A stretch of DNA of 19,638 bases from an uncultured Christensenellaceae bacterium (lineage in GTDB: Bacteria; Bacillota; Clostridia; Christensenellales; CAG-1252): positions 1-19,638 of the forward strand of contig CAYOYS010000013.1 of assembly GCA_964408255.1 (NCBI GenBank), written 5' to 3'. The notes below the pieces were generated by a model. That model ran no database searches, had not been told where the DNA came from, and saw only the letters and a program-made list of their open reading frames with translations. Numbering within the stretch: position 1 is the first letter of the stretch; each line of letters opens with the position of its first letter. This document shows positions 7,561 to 14,309 of this stretch, in pieces. A program made the translations under genes and the position numbers.

Positions 7561-8568
7561 ATGGCGGCGATAGACACGGTCAAAAAACGCAAGGTTGCGC
7601 ATATACTTTCCGAAATATTGAAAAATGGTGAGGTGTGCAAGCTTGCGCTTAGAACGGCAACGGGGTACAGTACAACGACTGTTGATTCCGCGCTCAAGAA
7701 CCTTTCGGAACAAAGAATAATAACCATTGGCGAGAAAAAGAGCGGGGCAGGGAGCAGAAAGATTGCGATAAGCGCGAATCCACGCATAGTAATTGCGGGA
7801 GTCAGTTATTATCGTATGAAGCTGTACGGCAAGCTCATGCAGCTTGACGGCAAAATTGTAGCAACCGGCGAAAAGGAGCTTAACGAATCCCATTGCGACC
7901 TATCAGACAGCGTTACCGCGTTGATTGAAAGCATGCTAAGCGCAAGTCCTACTCTTGCCGCAATCGGCGTTTCGGTAGCTATGGGCGATAGCACGAGCTT
8001 TGCACGGATACTTGCTTTAAGGTTTTCTGTGCCCGTTCATGTGTCAGACAGCCTTTCGGCGCTCGCAATGTATTATCGATATAAGGTTAAAAAGAATAAC
8101 ACAAACCTCGCAGTTCTTTACGCGGGTAAGCGAATTCGCTCGGTCAAGGTCAAGGAATGGGGGGAGGATATTGAGCTTGGCAACTTGCTTTCGCCGATTA
8201 TTTCGGCAAAAAAAGGTAGGCTGATTTATGACGAGGTACTGTCCGCGGAGGCGGTAAGACACCGTATGCGGCAAAAGTTCGGCAAGGCGGAGACCGCGTT
8301 CGAGGCGGGAACGCTCGAGCCGGAAATCTCCTTTTATGCCAAGCAATTGCAGTATGCGCTAGGCGAGCTTATATTGCTTATTGACAAGACGGTTAAGCCG
8401 TCCGCGATAATTACCGCGGGAGAATATATGACCAAAGAGCTTATAGAAGGAAGCCTTGACAGCTTAGCCGGCGGCGTCCGCGCCGAAGTTGTTTGCTTTG
8501 AGAAAGGGCGCGACGAGATTATCGAAGGAGCATGCTATATCGCGTACAACGGATTATGTTATTATTAA
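7561..8568 (+). CDS. ROK-like (NagC/XylR-fold) protein with an N-terminal HTH. Probably a transcriptional regulator. The zinc-Cys ROK signature is not evident.
   Basis: N-terminal HTH region LRTATGYSTTTVDSALKNLSEQRII, followed by an actin-like ATPase-fold start RIVIAGVSYYRMKLYG. Divergent from the esterase operon. Confidence 0.55.
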   Translation: MAAIDTVKKRKVAHILSEILKNGEVCKLALRTATGYSTTTVDSALKNLSEQRIITIGEKKSGAGSRKIAISANPRIVIAGVSYYRMKLYGKLMQLDGKIVATGEKELNESHCDLSDSVTALIESMLSASPTLAAIGVSVAMGDSTSFARILALRFSVPVHVSDSLSALAMYYRYKVKKNNTNLAVLYAGKRIRSVKVKEWGEDIELGNLLSPIISAKKGRLIYDEVLSAEAVRHRMRQKFGKAETAFEAGTLEPEISFYAKQLQYALGELILLIDKTVKPSAIITAGEYMTKELIEGSLDSLAGGVRAEVVCFEKGRDEIIEGACYIAYNGLCYY

Positions 8569-8576
8569 TGCGTCAA

Positions 8577-8880
8577 TAGCGCAACAAAATCCGTCTTTAA
8601 CTTGCAGTGTTGCAAGGCTTTAATTAGCCCGATAAAATCCATTTTAATTACGGTGTAGCAATATTTTGATTATATCGCGAATAAAAGTCGTTATAATTGC
8701 GGTATTGTAATTTTGATTATAGCGCGAATAAAATCTACACTAACTTGCGGTATTGTAATATTTTGATTATAGCGCGAATAAAATCTACACTAACTTGCGG
8801 TATTGTAATATTTTGATTATAGCGTGAATAAGATTTGTATTATTACAGTGTTGCAATGTTTTGATTTATCTATAATATTT
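8577..8880. repeat. Tandem array of about six units of a 47-52 bp AT-rich repeat. Two units are identical 50-mers (8713-8762 and 8763-8812): TTGATTATAGCGCGAATAAAATCTACACTAACTTGCGGTATTGTAATATT.
   Basis: Period of 50 read directly from the sequence. Degenerate flanking copies at 8577-8628, 8629-8665, 8666-8712 and 8813-8880. Not spacer-separated. Each unit boundary gives TTGCGG-17-TATAGC and TTGATT-17-TACACT promoter-like spacings. Confidence 0.85.
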
Positions 8881-9074
8881 GTTCGCAAAAGAATGAAATT
8901 TGGATATTCAGGCAACATATGTTAGTAAAAGCGATGTATTATTATCGAAGAATAAACGGCGGTAAGTGATTGCCGTTAAGGATTAGAATACCGCATATAA
9001 ATAACTTTGCCGTGGCGCAATAGGCTAACGCTTCCAATTTGTCAAAAATAATTTTGATAACAACTTGTAAGTTA

Positions 9075-9103
9075 TTGTAAAAATCTAAATAATTTGATAT
9101 AAT
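9075..9103 (+). promoter_or_regulatory. Sigma-A-type promoter TTGTAA-17-TATAAT upstream of the membrane protein / NfeD / flotillin cluster.
   Basis: Hexamers at 9075-9080 and 9098-9103 with exact 17-bp spacing. AGGAGG RBS at 9120-9125 and ATG at 9131. Confidence 0.5.
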
Positions 9104-9130
9104 TACTTTACGATATATTAGGAGGAATTT

Positions 9131-9838
9131 ATGGTTACTTATATACTGCTTGCGTTAGGCATAGTAAGCCTTATCGGTTTTTTGGTCGTAAGAGACAAGA
9201 ACGGAAGCCCTCTAGCTACCATACTCAAGACTCTTACAAGTCTTTTTTTCATAGCGACTGCGATTGCCGCACTCGGCGAAAATGAAACAGTATCCTATGA
9301 TAGGATAATTGTTCCCGCTTTGCTTATCATAATGGGTCTTGTCTTGGGGCTTGTGGGCGACATTACTCTCGACCTTAAGATTACTTATCAAAAAATGATT
9401 AAAGACAGTGACACCTATACTTTTGCGGGTATGGCATGCTTCGGCATCGGGCACATTCTTTATATTGTGGCAATAGCTATACTTTACGAGTTCAGCGGTT
9501 GGGCGATACTTGTCGGAGTAGGGCTCAATGCCGCGATATTCGCAGTCAGCATATTCCTTATGAAGATGAAGTTCGGCAAATGGCTTATCCCGAGCATGAC
9601 TTATGGATTCCTTCTTTCGATATTTATGTGCGTTGCAGGCGCCTCTTGTATTATCGAAAAGACTGTCGGACCCGATTTGATACTATTCCTTATCGGCTCC
9701 ATTCTTTTCCTCTTATCGGACCTCGTGCTTTCCATGACATATTTTGAGGGCAAAGATAGTAAAATAATGATAATAACCAACCATGTGCTGTATTATGCGG
9801 CGCAATTTTCCATTGCGATAGCCGTACTTTATATCTAA
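9131..9838 (+). CDS. Polytopic integral membrane protein, possibly YhhN-family (lysoplasmalogenase-like).
   Basis: Six or seven hydrophobic segments. Segments GLVGDITLDL and GIGHILYIVAIA resemble the YhhN GD..HL motifs. Strong RBS. Immediately upstream of NfeD and flotillin. Confidence 0.5.
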   Translation: MVTYILLALGIVSLIGFLVVRDKNGSPLATILKTLTSLFFIATAIAALGENETVSYDRIIVPALLIIMGLVLGLVGDITLDLKITYQKMIKDSDTYTFAGMACFGIGHILYIVAIAILYEFSGWAILVGVGLNAAIFAVSIFLMKMKFGKWLIPSMTYGFLLSIFMCVAGASCIIEKTVGPDLILFLIGSILFLLSDLVLSMTYFEGKDSKIMIITNHVLYYAAQFSIAIAVLYI

Positions 9839-9875
9839 ACCGTTTCTGCGGACGGCTACAGTCGAAGGAGGTATT

Positions 9876-10466
9876 ATGACTGCATTTTGGACGAGCTGGG
9901 ATTTGCTTAGCAAAATCATGTTTTGTTTGGGTTTGGCTAGCACCGTAGCTTTGACAGTACAAGTAATCTTTTTGATTATCGGATTCGCCGGTGGTTCTTT
10001 AGGCGACGTTGACGGCTTCGGCACGGACGGCGACATTAACCTTGACGACGCTTCGGCGGGTGTCGAAGTGGGCTTTTTTACCCTTAAGGGCGTTCTTGCC
10101 TTTTTCGCGATTGGCGGCTGGGTGGGGCTTGGTATGAATCTGGCGAACCTGCATATTGCGTTGGTCCTTGGCGTAGCGATACTGTGCGGCGCCGCGGGAC
10201 TAATGGGGGTCGGCTTTTTGTATCGCGCCTTGTATAAGCTGCAATCCTCGGGCAATATCAATACCGAGAATGCCGTGGGCAAGATTGCCGAGGTTTATCT
10301 TACGATTCCTAAATTGGGTATCGGCAAGATAGTTCTTAACGTTCAAGAACGATTCATGGAGTTCGAAGCAAGAAGCAACGCCGATAGAGATATCAAGACG
10401 GGCGAAAGAGTCAAGGTAGTTGAAAAAGCGGGCGGAATGTTGATAGTCGCTCCGCTCGAGGAATAG
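9876..10466 (+). CDS. NfeD-family membrane protein (short form, C-terminal OB-fold), the usual partner of flotillin.
   Basis: GGAGG RBS. N-terminal membrane segments. C-terminal beta-rich domain GKIAEVYLTIPKLGIGKIVLNVQERFMEFEARS...GERVKVVEKAGGMLIVAPLEE. Upstream of an SPFH protein, as in the yuaF-floT arrangement. Confidence 0.8.
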   Translation: MTAFWTSWDLLSKIMFCLGLASTVALTVQVIFLIIGFAGGSLGDVDGFGTDGDINLDDASAGVEVGFFTLKGVLAFFAIGGWVGLGMNLANLHIALVLGVAILCGAAGLMGVGFLYRALYKLQSSGNINTENAVGKIAEVYLTIPKLGIGKIVLNVQERFMEFEARSNADRDIKTGERVKVVEKAGGMLIVAPLEE

Positions 10467-10649
10467 TAATAAACAGTATTGTATATTTTGACCGTGATTT
10501 AATCGGCAACGCGCGGCGACAATTCCAAATTTGCTAAGACAGCGGCGCTCGTATCCGAAAATAGGACAAATTGTCAAAGTAATCGGCAAAATTGACGGCA
10601 AACTAAAGATTAGCGCCGTTGAAAAGCAAGGCATATAAGGAGGGTTTCT

Positions 10650-12086
10650 ATGAGTGGCGGAATAATCGCTTTAATCATAATAGTTGTGGTTTTAATTTTA
10701 TCGGCAATTGTGCTGATGTTTTTGACGAGGTACAAAAAATGTCCTTCGGATAAAATTATGGTAATTTACGGCAAGATTTCTAATAATGCCGACGGCACAT
10801 ACCGCTCGGCAAGATGTATTCACGGCGGCGCGGCGTTCGTTATACCTGTCTTTCAAGCACATTCTTTTCTTGACTTGACACCAATATCGATAAGCGTAGA
10901 CTTGCGCAACGCCCTTTCAAAACAAAATATTCGTATCGATGTCCCGAGCCGCTTTACAGTCGGCATCTCGACCGAGTCGGGCGTTATGCAAAACGCCGCA
11001 GAAAGACTCCTTGGGCTGACGTTAAGCGAGATTCAAGAGCTTGCCAAAGATATTATCTTAGGTCAACTCCGTCTTGTGATAGCCACAATGGAAATCGAGG
11101 ACATCAACAGCGACCGCGACAAGTTCCTTGAGGCGGTGTCCCGCAACGTGGAAGGCGAGTTGAAAAAGATTGGCTTAAGGCTGATTAACGTCAACATTAC
11201 CGACATCAACGACGAGTCGGGATATATCATAGCTTTGGGTAGGGAAGCGGCGGCGAAAGCGATTAACGCGGCTAAGATTTCGGTCGCGGAGGCGGATAAG
11301 CACGGCGCGATAGGTCAAGCCAACGCACAGCGCGAGCAACGAATCAACGTTTCGGCGGCGGAAGCGGAAGCGATATCGGGCGAGAATGCCGCGAAAGCGG
11401 ACATAGCTGCGGCGCAGGCGGTATTAAGAGAGAAAGAGGCAGAGGCGTTGCGTAGGGCAACCGCCGCTGAGAAGATTCAGGCGGCAAAAGCGCTCGAGGA
11501 ATCGTATGAAGCGGAAAAGAAAGCCGAGCAAGAACGTGCGGCAAGAGAGACCGCGACGCTTGAGGCGGACGTAATCGTCAAAATGGAGATTGAAAAACGG
11601 CGCAAGGAGATAGAGGCAGAGGCGGAAGCCGAACAGGCAAGACGGCGAGCGCGAGGCGAAGCAGACGCGATTTTTGCCAAAATGGAGGCGGAAGCAAGAG
11701 GCGTTAAGGCAGTCTTGACAGGTCAAGCGGCAGGCTTAGGCTCTATTGTCGAGGCTGCCAACGGCAATCCCTCTGAGGCGATGAGGCTTATGATAGCGGA
11801 CAAAATCGAAGCGCTCGTTTCGACACAAGTCGAGGCGATTAAGAACCTTAAGATTGATAAAATTACCGTTTGGGAGAACGGCGGCAAGGATAAGAACGCA
11901 ACCGCGAACTTTATATCCGGCTTATTGAAATCTTTGCCCCCTATGACCGATTTGTTCAACATGGCGGGACTTCAGCTACCCGATATAATCAAGGCGAAAG
12001 CGGTTGAAGAAACGAAAGCAGTTGACGGGGTGAAAGCGGTTGACGAGGTGAAAGCGACGGAATCCGAAGAAATAAGCACGGAGTAA
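10650..12086 (+). CDS. floT: Flotillin / SPFH (band-7) domain protein, FloT-like.
   Basis: AAGGAGG RBS. N-terminal TM. SPFH domain. Long Ala/Glu-rich coiled-coil segment EAEAISGENAAKADIAAAQAV...EKRRKEIEAEAEAEQARRRARGEADAIFAKMEAEARG, typical of flotillin EA repeats. Confidence 0.9.
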   Translation: MSGGIIALIIIVVVLILSAIVLMFLTRYKKCPSDKIMVIYGKISNNADGTYRSARCIHGGAAFVIPVFQAHSFLDLTPISISVDLRNALSKQNIRIDVPSRFTVGISTESGVMQNAAERLLGLTLSEIQELAKDIILGQLRLVIATMEIEDINSDRDKFLEAVSRNVEGELKKIGLRLINVNITDINDESGYIIALGREAAAKAINAAKISVAEADKHGAIGQANAQREQRINVSAAEAEAISGENAAKADIAAAQAVLREKEAEALRRATAAEKIQAAKALEESYEAEKKAEQERAARETATLEADVIVKMEIEKRRKEIEAEAEAEQARRRARGEADAIFAKMEAEARGVKAVLTGQAAGLGSIVEAANGNPSEAMRLMIADKIEALVSTQVEAIKNLKIDKITVWENGGKDKNATANFISGLLKSLPPMTDLFNMAGLQLPDIIKAKAVEETKAVDGVKAVDEVKATESEEISTE

Positions 12087-12097
12087 CACCGAGTAGT

Positions 12098-12150
12098 ATC
12101 GGCACAGTTACAATCGGCACAGTTACAATCGGCACAGTTACAATCGGCGC
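12098..12150. repeat. Three perfect 15-bp tandem repeats ATCGGCACAGTTACA plus a degenerate fourth, immediately after the flotillin stop.
   Basis: Units at 12098-12112, 12113-12127 and 12128-12142, read directly from the sequence. Confidence 0.85.
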
Positions 12151-12187
12151 GTGACGGTATCGGCGCTAGAAATAAAAATTAGAAAGG

Positions 12188-12223
12188 ATACACGCTATAT
12201 TTATTTTGCGTGTATTCTTTTTT
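12188..12223 (+). terminator. Rho-independent terminator of the flotillin operon: ATACACGC-loop-GCGTGTAT followed by TCTTTTTT.
   Basis: 8-bp perfect stem (12188-12195 and 12208-12215) with a T-tract at 12216-12223. Confidence 0.75.
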
Positions 12224-12517
12224 AATTCTCGTAAATAGGCTAAAACAAATAAGTAAAATGTTTAACGGCAAAGCTCAATTGCTCGAGCAAGCAATCCCAA
12301 CGCACACAATGAGAAACATTTATTCATTGAAGATGCAATATTGCAATGCCCAATGCAAAGCCATATCATTAACGCATATATCGTAGCACCGCAACACAAA
12401 TGCCTATTATTAACGCGTGTCATATCGTAGTGCCGCAACGGAAAATAGCGAAAAAATACAATAAAAGACGACAATGTAAAAGCGAAACAGCAAAGCGGGT
12501 ATGTGCTACGCAGGCGG

Positions 12518-13165
12518 CTAATGGATAAAAGATTTGTACTCTTTGCCGTAATATGTCTTAGCAAGCTTACTAAGCAGCGTTTGAAGAGGTAAAAAGCATA
12601 CCGCGACTATCAAGCCGTTAGATATAACGTGTGTGATATAGAACGCGACACCACGCAAATATATTATCGGAAAGAGAACGGTGATTGCAAAATCGGTCTT
12701 TGCCGAGCCGACGAGCGCATCGACAAAGCTTGTCAGCACTCCGAATAACGCGCTGCACAGCACGGCAAGCGCGGTATATGGCATGATAAGCATACTTTTA
12801 TTGCTTATATTTTCGTCGTGTTGCGCGCGCATTAGCTTCGCAAGCAGACAACTTAAGCATGCAAGCATGGGCCAATAGATAAAATAGGATATCACCCAAG
12901 TATTAAAGCCCCAAATCATCGTTTCGATAGTTACGAAGATTAAAGTCGCGGTAACGGATATCTTCATACCGAACACATACGCATAGACTATGATTAAGAG
13001 CGTCACTATCTCGATATTGGGTATAAAGGAAAGCGCGAGCTTACCGCCCGTTAGGACGGCGGTAAGCATCGCGATAAGCACGATATCCTTGATTGTCTTT
13101 AGGCGGCTTTCCAATCTTATTCGAGAATTATAAATGCATCCTCGTTGACGGTAGAGGATATCCAA
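12518..13165 (-). CDS. ECF-transporter S-component-like small polytopic membrane protein (about 190-215 aa). Under cobalamin-riboswitch control, so it is a candidate cobalamin (CbrT-like) substrate-capture component.
   Basis: N-terminus KTIKDIVLIAMLTAVLTGG resembles the start of ECF S components. Five or six TM segments. The longest ORF starts with TTG at 13163-13165, inside the upstream gene. The real start may be the TTG at 13112-13114 (2 nt after the upstream stop) or the GTG just after AAGGA. Co-oriented directly downstream of the riboswitch-controlled lipoprotein gene. Confidence 0.6.
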   Translation of the reverse strand: MDILYRQRGCIYNSRIRLESRLKTIKDIVLIAMLTAVLTGGKLALSFIPNIEIVTLLIIVYAYVFGMKISVTATLIFVTIETMIWGFNTWVISYFIYWPMLACLSCLLAKLMRAQHDENISNKSMLIMPYTALAVLCSALFGVLTSFVDALVGSAKTDFAITVLFPIIYLRGVAFYITHVISNGLIVAVCFLPLQTLLSKLAKTYYGKEYKSFIH

Positions 13166-13605
13166 TCCTCGCCGAAGGTCACGGTGCAGAACAAATACGA
13201 TACTCCGTCAATTACCGGCATTGCGCTCGCTCCGAGTCCCGCGCTGTAGTAGGTAACGTCGCCGTAAAGTAGGTTGGTTATGGTAGCATCTATATAGTTA
13301 ACGTCGCTGCTGCTTAAGTAAAACATAATACTAGTACGCGTCTCATTGTCCGATACCAATTCTTTTTCCACTCCCTTTATTGAGGTTATCATTATACCGT
13401 AGATGCTTTCCGTGTAGGTCAGCTCGAGCGAACCCGCTTCATCGAGCGCTATCAAAAGAGCCGCAAGACTGTCGTAGCTTCCTTCGGGTATTGCGATGAC
13501 CTCACCGACCGCAGGCACAACCGTGGGGTTATTGTCGCAGGCGAATAGGGATGCCGAGATTATTACAATAAGTAATATAACGATTAAAGGTTTTAGTTTT
13601 TTCAT
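13117..13605 (-). CDS. Small secreted lipoprotein (about 145 aa mature) of unknown family, first gene behind a cobalamin riboswitch.
   Basis: Start trimmed to MKKLKPLIVILLIVIISASLFAC (ATG at 13603-13605) with AGGAGG six nt upstream. Signal peptide plus lipobox LFAC. The long N-terminal extension in the ORF track (MRRQ...) overlaps structured RNA and is rejected. Confidence 0.75.
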   Translation of the reverse strand: MKKLKPLIVILLIVIISASLFACDNNPTVVPAVGEVIAIPEGSYDSLAALLIALDEAGSLELTYTESIYGIMITSIKGVEKELVSDNETRTSIMFYLSSSDVNYIDATITNLLYGDVTYYSAGLGASAMPVIDGVSYLFCTVTFGEDWISSTVNEDAFIILE

Positions 13606-13780
13606 ATGCTTCCTCCTATAATAACCGGTATTATACCGCAGGGCAAGCCCTGCACCCGATGCCTTCGGCATCTGCCGCCGCAAGCGGCGGGTATTAGACC
13701 TTGTTGTTAGCGTTCATAAAAATGCCCTTGCGAGCAAGCATTTTTACTCCGCTAATAAAAAAATACCTTATTTCATAAGG

Positions 13781-13808
13781 AAAAAAGGTAAGGCGAAAGC
13801 CCTTAACC
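13781..13808 (-). terminator. Riboswitch expression-platform terminator (minus strand): GGUUAAGGGC-UUUC-GCCUUACC followed by UUUUUU.
   Basis: Hairpin plus a 6-U tract read from the minus strand, immediately 3' of the cobalamin aptamer. Confidence 0.6.
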
Positions 13809-13809
13809 T

Positions 13810-13975
13810 TCCCTCCCTCCGAGAGCGGCGCAAGCTACGGCTGTGTTCGGTATCCTGGCTTAAGCGGCAATCTTGCCTCGCCGACCTTCCCGTTAAGTGG
13901 TCTTTGGCGATTTCGCTTTTACAGTAGCGGGGGCTGCGGCGGTATCTAACCGCCTTCCCGAATCAACAACCTGTA
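13810..13975 (-). promoter_or_regulatory. Cobalamin (AdoCbl) riboswitch aptamer.
   Basis: Minus-strand RNA carries the hallmark blocks in order: GGGAAGGCGGU...AUACC, GCAGCCCCCGCUACUGU (B12-box variant), CCACUUAACGGGAAGG and AGCCAGGAUACC. This matches the conserved Cobalamin-family core that I recall. The family assignment is established knowledge; I could not run a covariance-model search. Confidence 0.85.
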
Positions 13976-13987
13976 TTTATTTATTTT

Positions 13988-14016
13988 ATTATACCGCCAC
14001 TTTGTAAAAAATTCAA
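13988..14016 (-). promoter_or_regulatory. Minus-strand promoter TTGAAT-17-TATAAT driving the riboswitch operon.
   Basis: Reverse complement of ATTCAA at 14011-14016 and ATTATA at 13988-13993, with a 17-bp spacer. Predicted TSS a few nt before the aptamer. Confidence 0.55.
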
Positions 14017-14035
14017 GTGATTTATGCTTTTTGGA

Positions 14036-14196
14036 GCGAGCAATTTTGAGTTGTAATATTTGGGGTTTTTTAATCTCATATCCTTAATCGGTACTTAAGC
14101 GCTTAAATCTTGCCTATCACTAACATTCAAATTATAGCGATAGAAGTAAAAAAATGACGAATCTAATCTCGAAAATCCATTCAAAACATTTTATCA
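14036..14196. repeat. Copy B of modular repeat element X. It lies between the divergent riboswitch-operon promoter and the surface-protein promoter.
   Basis: Left arm CAATTTTGAGTTGTAATATTTGGGGTTTTTTAATCTCATATCCTTAATCGGTA. Central palindrome TTAAGCGCTTAA. Right arm AATCTCGAAAATCCATTCAAAACATTTTATCA. Aligns with copies A and C. Confidence 0.7.
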
Positions 14197-14260
14197 GCTC
14201 ACTTTTGTTCGCTTCTATGCGAATAAAACTTACATTTTTTAATTGTGAAAGTTATTTAAC

Positions 14261-14289
14261 TTGACAGTTAATACTACTATAAATATAAT
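14261..14289 (+). promoter_or_regulatory. Perfect consensus sigma-A promoter TTGACA-17-TATAAT for the surface-protein / thyA operon.
   Basis: Hexamers at 14261-14266 and 14284-14289, spacer exactly 17. AAGGA and ATG (14310) downstream. Confidence 0.65.
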
Positions 14290-14309
14290 TCATATATAAG
14301 GATATTCGA

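Noticed and set aside
8577-8880. Possible CRISPR array or plasmid iteron origin.
   Set aside because: There are no spacers between the 50-bp units. The flanking genes are chromosomal housekeeping and regulator genes, with no rep or par genes.
8900-8960. Tiny ORF MLVKAMYYYRRINGGK between the repeat array and the membrane-protein gene.
   Set aside because: It is 16 codons with no RBS and nothing to indicate function.
11344-11962. Several minus-strand ORFs inside the flotillin gene.
   Set aside because: They are antisense shadows of the Ala/Glu-rich coiled-coil region (Ser/Leu/Arg-rich translations). No RBS.
13606-13683. Long N-terminal extension of the lipoprotein ORF (MRRQMPKASGAGLALRYNTGYYRRKH...).
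   Set aside because: The extension overlaps the GC-rich leader hairpins and has no RBS. The internal ATG at 13605 has a perfect AGGAGG and begins a canonical lipoprotein signal peptide.
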